Shown here: in pieces, positions 41,724-50,072 of the stretch | Numbering within the stretch: the stretch's first letter is position 1 | Layout: every line of letters starts with the position of its first letter | Origin: a virus | Taxonomy: Duplodnaviria > Caudoviricetes | DNA: 64,000 bases | Direction: 5' to 3' (one strand) | IMG/VR virus record: IMGVR_UViG_2974778606_000001 | Span: 32,001-96,000 of that record | The notes under the pieces: generated by a model | Told to the model about the DNA's origin: nothing | Seen by the model: the letters and a program-made list of their open reading frames with translations, nothing else | Database searches by the model: none | Position numbers and translations under genes: made by a program

Positions 41724-43541
41724 ATGGTAGATTTCGACAAGAGACATTCCAAGGAACTTGTGAAACGCCCTGACACAGACCTGGTTGATACCAGGTCTTT
41801 TCGGTCTTCCGGTCAGGGTGTATTTTCGCATGTCCGAAAAGGAATGAAAGTTACCACTAAGGCCATTCTGGATTGGGTCTACCTGAATGACTATAAGGAA
41901 GAGATTGCTAAGGCGAAGATTGATGGCAATTTGGAAAAGGCCCGAAAACTTAAGATTGAACAGGAAAAGCGCAGTGAGCCAAGGCGGAAGAGATTCTATT
42001 CTATTCTTGCTTTCCTGGCTGCCCTGACAGGATGGGCATACGTGACATGGAGCATCGTACCGATTCTCTTTGTTGCAGGTGCCGCGCTGGTTGTGATGTG
42101 GTTCGTAGGAAGTGGCTTCAAGCCATCTGAAGCCTTCTCTGCCATTACAGGAAGCATGGACGAGAAGGACGACCCTATGGAGCCTTTCCCAATTGCTGAC
42201 GCTCGCAACAGAGACGAGGCTCAGGAATGCTTGAGGAGAGCGCTTCTTGCTGAGGGAATCACTCCCAGGGTTATCTTGGAACCAACTCGTTACAATTGGG
42301 GATGGGAAATTCCGGTAGTTCTGAGAAAGGGTACTCCTGACGATGTAATGGCTAAGGCCAAGAAGATGGAAACTCTTATGAGACTTCCATCTGATGGAAT
42401 GCTGGTAGCAGCTACTAGATTCCGGGCCGAAGTAATTATCAGACTTATGCAGACTGACCCATTTGCTGATATGACATCAGAGCCTAGAGCAGAACCATTG
42501 TCTCGTTCTATCAAGAACAAGTACAAGATTGCTCAGCGAATGGACGGTACGCCTCTTGAAATCTCTTTGCTGAGAAACCACGCAGTTGTTATTGCTGCGC
42601 CTGGTGGTGGTAAGTCAATGTTCATGCGTAAGCTGGCAGACATCACCACTAGCTGTAGAGACTGTGTAACTTGGGACATTGACCCTGGTGGTAATGGACT
42701 TGAGGTCTTCGGAAGGGCTATCGCACGACGTGGTAGGACGGAAGAGGAAATTGAGGAAATGCTTACCGAGGCTCTGGAGTACACCAAGATTCGTGCAAAG
42801 AAGCTGACGAAGCTGGGAATGGGTGACAACTGGCAGCCAACCAAGGAGCATCCTGCCCTCATCATCTTCATTGATGAGTTTATTCAGCTAAACAAGAAGT
42901 GCAAGGATTTGGCCATTCAGATTATCCGCAATGGACGTAAGTCTGCTATTACTGTCGTACTGGCTGCACAGCAGGCTACAAAGGACACTCTTGGTGCCGC
43001 CATTGCAGATGCGGTGTCTATCAAGGTTATGTTTGCTTCTCGTCATGCTGACGTACCTCTCGTGTTTGGTGAGGGCATGTTGTCGCAGGGCTGGAGACCT
43101 GATAAGCTACATCCAGCATCAGGTGAGGATGTGGAAGACGCTGGTAAGTGCTACATTTTGGGCGGTGGCTCAAGAGAGCCTTACTTGTACAAGGTCTTCC
43201 CAATCGAACCAGATGAGGCAATCGAGATGGGTGATGAACGTGAAGCAGAGGGCATGCCCGAGCTTGACAAGGATACCTACCTAGATGTTACAGTGACAGA
43301 CACAACCGACAAGCGACTGCTTGAGGACGTGCTTGACATCTTTGAGAACTTCGACGAGAATGATTGGCTACCGGCCAGCATCTTGGTCAAGGAACTCAAG
43401 GGTTACGGTCACACCTTGACAGCCCGTCAGTTGCATGAGATTCTAGGGGATACCGGCCGAGAGAGCCGTATTTGGGAAGGGTCCAAGTACAAGGTGGCTG
43501 GTTACTTCCGAAAGAACATCGAGAAGCAATTGGAGAAGTAA
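41724..43541 (+). CDS. FtsK/SpoIIIE-family DNA translocase, Streptomyces TraB-like
   Basis: Two N-terminal TM helices, APGGGKS, IFIDE, GRK..I....A.Q, short C-terminal wHTH-like domain. Confidence 0.85.
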   Translation: MVDFDKRHSKELVKRPDTDLVDTRSFRSSGQGVFSHVRKGMKVTTKAILDWVYLNDYKEEIAKAKIDGNLEKARKLKIEQEKRSEPRRKRFYSILAFLAALTGWAYVTWSIVPILFVAGAALVVMWFVGSGFKPSEAFSAITGSMDEKDDPMEPFPIADARNRDEAQECLRRALLAEGITPRVILEPTRYNWGWEIPVVLRKGTPDDVMAKAKKMETLMRLPSDGMLVAATRFRAEVIIRLMQTDPFADMTSEPRAEPLSRSIKNKYKIAQRMDGTPLEISLLRNHAVVIAAPGGGKSMFMRKLADITTSCRDCVTWDIDPGGNGLEVFGRAIARRGRTEEEIEEMLTEALEYTKIRAKKLTKLGMGDNWQPTKEHPALIIFIDEFIQLNKKCKDLAIQIIRNGRKSAITVVLAAQQATKDTLGAAIADAVSIKVMFASRHADVPLVFGEGMLSQGWRPDKLHPASGEDVEDAGKCYILGGGSREPYLYKVFPIEPDEAIEMGDEREAEGMPELDKDTYLDVTVTDTTDKRLLEDVLDIFENFDENDWLPASILVKELKGYGHTLTARQLHEILGDTGRESRIWEGSKYKVAGYFRKNIEKQLEK

Positions 43542-43542
43542 C

Positions 43543-43758
43543 ATGTGGACAGCGGGTGTAATCTTTTACCTCGCAGTCTGTGCTTACCTTTGTAAGAAGA
43601 AGGGTTGGCAGATTCATTACATTGCCTGGGGCATGGTTGGTGGACTGATTCTCGCCACCATCGTTCCGACCCTTCCAGCACAGACGAAGCAGACAATGGA
43701 AAACGCTGCTCAGGCAGTTGTTTCTATCTTCGAAAGTTCCGGCATCGGGCAGGGTTGA
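43543..43758 (+). CDS. Small membrane protein
   Basis: Two hydrophobic segments; follows translocase gene by 1 nt. Confidence 0.7.
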   Translation: MWTAGVIFYLAVCAYLCKKKGWQIHYIAWGMVGGLILATIVPTLPAQTKQTMENAAQAVVSIFESSGIGQG

Positions 43759-43783
43759 CAGCAACTCTGCCTCGCTGTAGGAT
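43755..43783 (+). promoter_or_regulatory. Sigma70/HrdB-type promoter
   Basis: TTGACA-N17-TAGGAT. Confidence 0.7.
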
Positions 43784-43816
43784 AGACTTAAACCTAGTCC
43801 TTGTGGGGCTAGCGGA

Positions 43817-43889
43817 GCGCCTGTAGCATAACGGTCGATGCATCTGTCTTATAAGCAGACGATAGGTGGTTCAATTCCACCCAGGCGCA
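43817..43889 (+). tRNA. tRNA-Ile(TAT)
   Basis: TCTGT-CTTATAA-GCAGA. Confidence 0.88.
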
Positions 43890-43916
43890 CTTCATAACTA
43901 CAATCTAGGGGCAAGA

Positions 43917-44081
43917 ATGGCTCTTACGCATTCCCACGGTACACGGGTTGTTGTGCTCAAGGGAAGTCACCGAAATCAAGTTGGCACTGTTACTGTCAAG
44001 GTCAGAATGAAGGTCATCATCCTTGACAAGGACAACGTCGAGCTGATGGGTGCCTCTGACGAAATGGTCAGGAAGCTGTGA
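43917..44081 (+). CDS. KOW-like microprotein
   Basis: GTRVVVLKGSHRNQVGTV. Confidence 0.65.
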   Translation: MALTHSHGTRVVVLKGSHRNQVGTVTVKVRMKVIILDKDNVELMGASDEMVRKL

Positions 44082-44260
44082 AGTGCAAGAAGTGTGGGGA
44101 ATCTGAGAAGGAAGTGCGTGTTGCTCCCATCGTAGGTGACCCACTATGTGAGAGATGCTGGAACGACGTTCAGAATGATATGCGTCGGAAAGGTGCAAAC
44201 TCTAAGAGCGAGTACGAAGAGTACGTCCGAACGCAATACAAGAGATGGCTGAGGAGCTGA
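44078..44260 (+). CDS. Small Zn-finger protein
   Basis: CKKC...CERC. Confidence 0.65.
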   Translation: MKCKKCGESEKEVRVAPIVGDPLCERCWNDVQNDMRRKGANSKSEYEEYVRTQYKRWLRS

Positions 44261-44262
44261 TT

Positions 44263-44436
44263 ATGGAAAGTAAGAAGCACCTTGAGGTCGGAGACACCGT
44301 TTACGTTCTTCATGCACGGGCGGAAGTCTGGGACCTTGTTCCTTCCAACACTGCTATGATTAAGGTGTTGATGAAGGAAGGCCCTTCTGAGGGCCAGGTT
44401 TTCCCTGTAGTCCTTAAGCAAGTTGAGCGCGGCTGA
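44263..44436 (+). CDS. SH3-like microprotein
   Basis: GAGGAG RBS; LEVGDTVYV. Confidence 0.6.
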   Translation: MESKKHLEVGDTVYVLHARAEVWDLVPSNTAMIKVLMKEGPSEGQVFPVVLKQVERG

Positions 44437-44639
44437 TGTTTCAAAAAGGGGACATCATTCGTGTAAAGCCAGGTAATACCAAAATGCCTAGAAAGTATTG
44501 GGGATTGACTGGTGTTATTTCTGGGCGAGAATCCTTTCTTGCTCGAAAGGTATTCCGGACAGATTACCTTATAGTTATGCATGGTAGTCTGGAACCTGCA
44601 ACCTTTAAGGAAAGCGACATAGAGCTTTACCGCCCCTGA
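44436..44639 (+). CDS. KOW/SH3-like microprotein
   Basis: FQKGDIIRV...GLTGVI...FKESDIE. Confidence 0.65.
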   Translation: MFQKGDIIRVKPGNTKMPRKYWGLTGVISGRESFLARKVFRTDYLIVMHGSLEPATFKESDIELYRP

Positions 44640-44649
44640 TGGGGCACAT

Positions 44650-44734
44650 GGAATGTAAGCGATTGGCTAGCAGGTATCTTGGAACGGTACTAAGGGTTTT
44701 ACAGCCCGGCTGGGTTCGATTCCCAGGCATTCCG
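44650..44734 (+). tRNA. tRNA-Ser(GGA)
   Basis: GTATC-TTGGAAC-GGTAC, long variable arm, G73. Confidence 0.85.
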
Positions 44735-44747
44735 CAGGAGGTGTGAT

Positions 44748-44966
44748 ATGATAATCTGTGGCGACACAGTGAAAGTAAAGCACGACCGTCCTAACGTGGA
44801 CCCTGCTTATTACGGTAAGCGTGGTAGGATTCATAAGAGGACTCGTATGCTTGGTGTTCTTGGTGCTGGGCAATACGAAATTATGTTCTTCGAAAGTGAC
44901 CTGAATCATCCAATTATGGGTGTCATGGGTGGCTTCAATGAAGATGACTTGGAAGTTGAACGCTGA
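44748..44966 (+). CDS. KOW/SH3-like microprotein
   Basis: GGAGG RBS; GDTVKV...GKRGRI...FNEDDLE. Confidence 0.7.
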   Translation: MIICGDTVKVKHDRPNVDPAYYGKRGRIHKRTRMLGVLGAGQYEIMFFESDLNHPIMGVMGGFNEDDLEVER

Positions 44967-44975
44967 CTTCCCTAT

Positions 44976-45061
44976 GGAGGCACGCATTGGTGGGCTTATC
45001 GGTCTTGAAAACCGTGATGGCGTAGTGATATGCCGTGGGGGTTCGATTCCCTCTGTCTCCG
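44976..45061 (+). tRNA. tRNA-Ser(TGA)
   Basis: Loop CTTGAAA, long variable arm, G73. Confidence 0.87.
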
Positions 45062-45065
45062 CTTC

Positions 45066-45094
45066 GCCCGGTACATAATGTACCGGGCATTTTT
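45066..45094 (+). terminator. Intrinsic terminator
   Basis: GCCCGGTACA-TAA-TGTACCGGGC then ATTTTT. Confidence 0.85.
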
Positions 45095-45105
45095 GTAGGA
45101 GCATA

Positions 45106-45258
45106 ATGCTAGGAAAAGGAAAGAAGCAGAAGGACTGCTATCATGCCAGAGTAAGAGAAATATATGGTGACGAAATCATCGCCTCTGGCTATAAGCGCGC
45201 CTACTGCTACGATTGCAAAAGATACCTGCCCGAACTACCTCCAGAGAGAAGAAAGTAA
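45106..45258 (+). CDS. 50-aa Zn-binding microprotein (not in ORF track)
   Basis: AGGAG RBS; CYH...CYDC. Confidence 0.6.
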   Translation: MLGKGKKQKDCYHARVREIYGDEIIASGYKRAYCYDCKRYLPELPPERRK

Positions 45259-45444
45259 ATGGCCAAGGAGTTCCCCAAGGGGAATAACAAGAGGGACTTC
45301 ATCGAGTTCCTTGAGAAGAACAGAATTGAATTCTGGTGCTCCATCTGCAATACCGAAAACCCTCGCAAGTGTCAGTGCTGGACAGACATTCAGCGATGGG
45401 AGCAGGTTGAGCTGTGGCAGGGTGAGGAGAGGCGCAAGAAGTGA
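45259..45444 (+). CDS. Small Cys-rich protein
   Basis: CSIC...CQC. Confidence 0.6.
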   Translation: MAKEFPKGNNKRDFIEFLEKNRIEFWCSICNTENPRKCQCWTDIQRWEQVELWQGEERRKK

Positions 45445-45833
45445 CAGCCGTTCTCATCGGTGTCCTGCTCCATTTCATTGGTGATTATCTCATTCAGACA
45501 GACTGGATGGCACAGCTAAAGACAAAGCGCTGGCTACCGGCCATTGTCCACGGTGTCACCTATGGTGTCCCATTCATGTTTGTCACGATGTCACCAATAG
45601 CTTTGGCTGTCATCATTGTCACTCACATTGTCATCGACCATTATCGACTGGCAAGACATGTTGTCTGGGCAAAGAACCAGCTAGCACCAAAAGAATGGCG
45701 GTATTCATGGGCTGAGGGTAACCTCACTGGATATCGCAATGACGCACCACCATGGTTGACAACCTGGTTGATGATTATCGCGGACAACACTCTGCATGTC
45801 ATCATCAACACTCTAGCCATCCTCTATCTATGA
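45441..45833 (+). CDS. DUF3307-like membrane protein
   Basis: HFIGDY..QT.WMA..K, H...DH, DNTLH. Confidence 0.8.
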   Translation: MTAVLIGVLLHFIGDYLIQTDWMAQLKTKRWLPAIVHGVTYGVPFMFVTMSPIALAVIIVTHIVIDHYRLARHVVWAKNQLAPKEWRYSWAEGNLTGYRNDAPPWLTTWLMIIADNTLHVIINTLAILYL

Positions 45834-45843
45834 GGATGGCTTT

Positions 45844-45940
45844 TGTCATTCTCAGGACAGTCTGTCACTTGTCCCGTGACATGTCCTGTGACACGATGAC
45901 ATGTCCAGTGACATCCATGTGACATGTCCTACGGCTGTCC
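45844..45940. repeat. Dense array of TGACATGTCC / TGTCA repeats
   Basis: Three TGACATGTCC copies plus several partial copies in 100 bp of non-coding DNA. Confidence 0.8.
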
Positions 45941-46084
45941 TCGCAATTTGAGAAAGAGGCGGCGGCTCCGGAGGTCGCATTCGTTTTGTTCAATCCTCAG
46001 AGCGCGGCCCGGCGGCCTTGAGGACGGAAGAATGTCTTAGAGACCAGATACAAGAGAGAAGACCTAATAGGTTCAAGGAGGGAG

Positions 46085-46114
46085 TTGACAGGATTCTCAG
46101 AGGTCTGCTAAGGT
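46085..46114 (+). promoter_or_regulatory. Promoter followed by AT-rich tract (to 46197)
   Basis: TTGACA-N18-TAAGGT. Confidence 0.65.
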
Positions 46115-46197
46115 GTAGTTACACTAGAAAAGAATAAAGAAAAATATCTAGAAAGAATCTAAACCGGTTCTAAATAATATAGAATAGATTAGAGAAT

Positions 46198-46476
46198 ATG
46201 AGACTATTTGAACTTCATAGAGATATAGACTCCTCTGGAGTCTCTGGCACAGGCGTTGTTGCTCAAGGTGTTGAGTTTGACAATCGTCAGTGTTGTATGA
46301 CATGGTTGACGGAGTGGAACTCAGTGGCTGTCTATCCCGACATCCAGACCCTTGAAGCTATCCATGGACACGGTGGCAACACTCGTGTAGTATGGGTGGA
46401 AGGCCCGGCGACACAGAAGTATGTAAGAGTTGCTGGTAAAGACAGACCAATTCAGAGAGTTGACAAGCTCTCTTGA
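46198..46476 (+). CDS. Hypothetical protein
   Basis: 92 aa downstream of promoter. Confidence 0.75.
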   Translation: MRLFELHRDIDSSGVSGTGVVAQGVEFDNRQCCMTWLTEWNSVAVYPDIQTLEAIHGHGGNTRVVWVEGPATQKYVRVAGKDRPIQRVDKLS

Positions 46477-46562
46477 GTCATGTAGAGTAAAACGTAGATG
46501 GTCGGCAAGCAGGTAAGAGAGGAACACAGGAGCTTGAGCGACAACCCCTCCACCATCACCTT

Positions 46563-46638
46563 GCCTCTGTAGTATAGTCTGGTCTAATGCACCTGATTGT
46601 CAATCAGGAAATCGCCGGTTCAAATCCGGTCAGGGGCG
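46563..46638 (+). tRNA. tRNA-Asp(GTC)
   Basis: CCTGA-TTGTCAA-TCAGG, G73. Confidence 0.92.
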
Positions 46639-46641
46639 CAT

Positions 46642-46842
46642 ATGAAATGGGATATAGAGCTGGTATTGGAGCATCAACCGACAGGGTTTGCTCGACAGAT
46701 AATGATGATAGGTCATCCAGCAGAATCCATGTTTGATATAGTAAGAACCCTGATAGAAAACTCAGCAGAACTAGCTGACGATGTCAGGGTCACTCACCTT
46801 GAAATAAGGGAGAATAATGGCAGCGATTCGATACTGCCCTAA
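46642..46842 (+). CDS. Hypothetical protein
   Basis: ATG 3 nt after tRNA-Asp. Confidence 0.55.
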   Translation: MKWDIELVLEHQPTGFARQIMMIGHPAESMFDIVRTLIENSAELADDVRVTHLEIRENNGSDSILP

Positions 46843-46996
46843 CTGCTTCAAGAATGTTCTCACACAGCCCTTGAAGCAGAGTTGCAGTGAGTGTGGACGA
46901 AAGCACACACTTCCTGTTGACAGAAGTCTTCCAATTCCGGAAGATAGAGGTAAGCACGATAGGTTTGTTGACTACCGAGAATACCGTGAGGATTAA
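46817..46996 (+). CDS. 59-aa Zn-ribbon protein (not in ORF track)
   Basis: GGGAG RBS; CPNC...CSEC. Confidence 0.65.
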   Translation: MAAIRYCPNCFKNVLTQPLKQSCSECGRKHTLPVDRSLPIPEDRGKHDRFVDYREYRED

Positions 46997-47238
46997 TGGC
47001 TGACAAGCAGTGGCTCGTAAAGGGTCATTACACCAAGGACGGAAAGCGAAAGCCTTTCGATAACGTTTATTCCGCTTCAAATAAGTCCGGTGCTGAACGG
47101 GCTGCCAAGGCTGACTATGATAGTTATGTCAATGGTGGATATGAGAAGGGGACCTTTGGCAAGCTCAATGTAACCCAGGTTAGTGAATGGACTGAGAAGG
47201 ACCGCAAGGCTTTTCTCAAGTCTAAGGGTATTAAGTGA
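46996..47238 (+). CDS. Hypothetical protein
   Basis: GAGGA RBS, 80 aa. Confidence 0.7.
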   Translation: MADKQWLVKGHYTKDGKRKPFDNVYSASNKSGAERAAKADYDSYVNGGYEKGTFGKLNVTQVSEWTEKDRKAFLKSKGIK

Positions 47239-47258
47239 AGAAGGCCCGGAAGGGCTGA

Positions 47259-47329
47259 CCCGGCATAGTGTAGTGGAAACACGATACATTGTCAGTGTAT
47301 TATCGAGGGTTCAATTCCCTCTGCCGGGA
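47259..47329 (+). tRNA. tRNA-Asp(GTC), atypical A73
   Basis: ATACA-TTGTCAG-TGTAT. Confidence 0.85.
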
Positions 47330-47333
47330 CTTT

Positions 47334-47443
47334 GCGGGTCGAAAGAGTAATCGGTTATCTTCCCAATTGAAATGAGAAACGGCAGGTTCGAATCCTGCAA
47401 GGGCCAAGGAACGGCCAACTCCGATTCTCACCAATATATCCGC
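47334..47443 (+). ncRNA. Y-RNA-like RNA 3 with T-arm
   Basis: GCGGGT/ATCCGC stem, GTCGAAAG, GAGTAATCGG/CCGATTCTC, TTATCT, GCAGG-TTCGAAT-CCTGC. Confidence 0.75.
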
Positions 47444-47449
47444 TACAGT

Positions 47450-47773
47450 ATGAATACTGAAGAAAGAATTGCAAAGTTCAAGGAACTCTGGAAGGAACAT
47501 ACATATTTCGAGGATGCCATGGGCTGGCTCGAAGATGAAATTCCAGAAGGAGAATTCAAGCCTAAGTGGGTTACCACTGTTGAAGAGGATGAGTCTCGCT
47601 GGATGATTCACACCCTTGAGGTGATGGAGATTGACGAAGGCGTATACGTTGGTGTACGCTGGGAGCGAGGCAAGACAGAGATGCAGGAAAACCTGTACGA
47701 AGACGACGATGTCTACCTTCTTGACAAGAAGATTGTTGAGAGAGTAGAGTGGGAGACTAAGAAGAGGCTATGA
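47450..47773 (+). CDS. Hypothetical acidic protein
   Basis: Start MNTEERI just after the Y-like RNA. Confidence 0.7.
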   Translation: MNTEERIAKFKELWKEHTYFEDAMGWLEDEIPEGEFKPKWVTTVEEDESRWMIHTLEVMEIDEGVYVGVRWERGKTEMQENLYEDDDVYLLDKKIVERVEWETKKRL

Positions 47774-48192
47774 AGAACTGGCTTGGACATGATATTGTCG
47801 TAGGCGCAGTTGTCTTTCGCGGTGGAAGGCAGGGAGACAGTTCCTCCTTCCGCGTCGGCGAAGTCGATGCAATCGACGAGACAAAGCGCACGGCTCGTGT
47901 AATCTGGCATTGGGTTCCTTGTCAACGGCCGGTGTGGGATAGTGACCAATATGAGTATTGGCATCAGGACGACAATCGGTATTACGTAGAGGGCCCAAGT
48001 GAGGCCCATACCCAGAAAACTCGATATAACATCAACGACCTTGTTCGTCTTGATGATGAAACTCTTGAGCGCCTGAATAAGCGTCATAAGCTTATCAAGG
48101 CAGCCATTCACTACAAGATTCGCAAGGAAGACTTTGCTCAGTTTGAGCACGATTTTGAAATGGGACTAATTCCCGAATACTCTATGCCTTAG
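47770..48192 (+). CDS. Hypothetical protein
   Basis: 140 aa, coupled to upstream gene. Confidence 0.7.
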   Translation: MKNWLGHDIVVGAVVFRGGRQGDSSSFRVGEVDAIDETKRTARVIWHWVPCQRPVWDSDQYEYWHQDDNRYYVEGPSEAHTQKTRYNINDLVRLDDETLERLNKRHKLIKAAIHYKIRKEDFAQFEHDFEMGLIPEYSMP

Positions 48193-48210
48193 AAAGGGCC
48201 GGTAAGAAAA

Positions 48211-49857
48211 ATGTCAAACGCACTTAATAACGCTGCCAAGAGTCTTAACAAGACTGCACAGACTCAGCGTGCTCGCAAGGACCAGGTCAAGAACAACGCT
48301 GGTGGATTCGTCTTCCAGGTTTCTGACCAGGCCAGGCTTGAGCGATTTCTGATTCTGGGTGTTGATGGTGGCACCTATTACGTATCTGAAGTTGACCACG
48401 CAAAGCATAACGTCGACTTCCTCAATGAGATGATTGAGCGAGACGAATCCTCTGTACTTAACACCATTGTGGACGTGTCTGTCAATGGTCGTGCGTACAA
48501 GCAGTCTCCTGCTCTGTTCGCTCTAGCCTCTGTTATTGCCCATGGCAAGGACAAGCAGGCGGTCAAGGCAGTATTCAATCGTGTCGTTCGTACAGGTACT
48601 CACCTGTATGAGTTGATGAACTACCTTACTTCACTCAATGTGGGTTGGGGTCGTTCAAAGCGAGAGATTGTTGCTTCTTGGTTTGACCGAGATGCTGACA
48701 AGCTGGCTTACCAGGCGGTCAAGTACCGTTCTCGTAAGTTTGGCGAGCAGACTTGGACGCTCCGAGATGTAATGCGTCTTTCCCACCCACGAGATGTGAA
48801 CACGTCTGTTGCAGACTTTGTTCTGGGCAAGCCTCATGACGCTATAGATGACCTTCGGGTTATCGAGGGCTTCAAGAAGATGCAGAAGGCTCAGTCAGTG
48901 GACGATGTTCACAGCGTTCTCCGTGAGTACGAGATGCTTTCATGGGAGGCAATCCCAACTCAGTTCCTCAAGGATGTGAGTGTATGGAAGCGAATCTTCG
49001 CTAACGGACAGCTTCGTGGCCAGGCTCTAGTCCGAAACATTACTCGCCTCGCGCGAATTGGTGCTTTCCAGGACATGCGCTTTGCTGCTGCTTATGCAGG
49101 ACAGCTCACGAATCAGGAGATGATTGTACAGACTCGTCTGCACCCAATCAACTTCCTGAACGCGACTGTTGTGTATAATGAAGGCCAGATGAAGACCGTA
49201 AGGGACCGATTTGGCTGGGAGCGTGAGGAGCGTGTCAAGGACTGGACGACTGAGAGTGTTATCGTAGATGCCCTCAATGAGGGATTCCACAAGGCATTCA
49301 AGGCTGTCGAGCCTGCTGGTAAGCGAACGATGCTAGCCATCGATGTTTCAGGTTCTATGAGTGCAAAGGCTAATGGTCTCGACCTTAGCTGTGCTCAGGT
49401 ATCTGCTGCAATGGCAATGACCATCGCTCGTACCGAGCCTGCTCACATCATCCGTGGCTTCACGTGTGACGGTTACAGCTATAGGAACAGTGGTCTTACT
49501 GACCTGGGTATTTCTGCCAGGACCGACCTTGCTACGGCAATGCGTAAGGTTCAGCGAAGTAACTTTGGTGGCACAGACTGTTCTCTTCCTATGGTCTGGG
49601 CAAAGCAGAATGATGTAGAGGTTGACACATTCGTCGTTATCACTGATAACGAGACGTATGCTGGCAACATTCACCCATTCCAAGCGCTGAAGGACTACCG
49701 TAAGGCAACTGGTATTGACGCAAGGCTCGCTGTTCTAGGAGTCGCATCAACTCCATTCACCATTGCGGACCCATCAGACGCAGGCATGATGGACTTCGTA
49801 GGATTTGACAGCAATGCGCCTCGTGTGCTGGCTGACTTCTCCGCAGGTCGCATCTGA
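48211..49857 (+). CDS. Ro60/Rsr-like TROVE + vWA RNA-binding protein
   Basis: NNAGGFVF, RFLILG..GGTYY, KYRSR, LHP, DVSGSM, GGTDCSLP, TDNET, GFD. Confidence 0.95.
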   Translation: MSNALNNAAKSLNKTAQTQRARKDQVKNNAGGFVFQVSDQARLERFLILGVDGGTYYVSEVDHAKHNVDFLNEMIERDESSVLNTIVDVSVNGRAYKQSPALFALASVIAHGKDKQAVKAVFNRVVRTGTHLYELMNYLTSLNVGWGRSKREIVASWFDRDADKLAYQAVKYRSRKFGEQTWTLRDVMRLSHPRDVNTSVADFVLGKPHDAIDDLRVIEGFKKMQKAQSVDDVHSVLREYEMLSWEAIPTQFLKDVSVWKRIFANGQLRGQALVRNITRLARIGAFQDMRFAAAYAGQLTNQEMIVQTRLHPINFLNATVVYNEGQMKTVRDRFGWEREERVKDWTTESVIVDALNEGFHKAFKAVEPAGKRTMLAIDVSGSMSAKANGLDLSCAQVSAAMAMTIARTEPAHIIRGFTCDGYSYRNSGLTDLGISARTDLATAMRKVQRSNFGGTDCSLPMVWAKQNDVEVDTFVVITDNETYAGNIHPFQALKDYRKATGIDARLAVLGVASTPFTIADPSDAGMMDFVGFDSNAPRVLADFSAGRI

Positions 49858-49860
49858 GCG

Positions 49861-49885
49861 AATCCCCTCTTCGGAGGGGATTTTT
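49861..49885 (+). terminator. Intrinsic terminator
   Basis: AATCCCCTC-TTCG-GAGGGGATT-TTT. Confidence 0.88.
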
Positions 49886-49899
49886 GCTATACTGGATAG

Positions 49900-50040
49900 A
49901 TGATAAGCAAAGAAGAAAGAAAAGAACTAAAGCTCGCAAGGTCAAAGGCAGAACTAGTAAGAACTGTGACTAGCATCTTCCAGATGATTATTGCTTCTGC
50001 GACTCTCATCATCCTGGTCTACGTCAACTTCATGCGTTGA
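49900..50040 (+). CDS. 46-aa leaderless membrane microprotein (not in ORF track)
   Basis: TGCTATACT 6 nt before ATG; hydrophobic C-terminus. Confidence 0.65.
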   Translation: MISKEERKELKLARSKAELVRTVTSIFQMIIASATLIILVYVNFMR

Positions 50041-50072
50041 CAGGCTGCGCGTCGTGGTGTAGAGTCTTACTC

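Noticed and set aside
44976-45061. Opal suppressor or Sec tRNA
   Set aside because: Anticodon TGA reads UCA (Ser); no CTA, TTA or TCA anticodon found in a normal loop, and genes end in standard stops
45844-45940. Mini-CRISPR array
   Set aside because: Units are about 10 bp and irregularly spaced, with no 25-40 bp spacers
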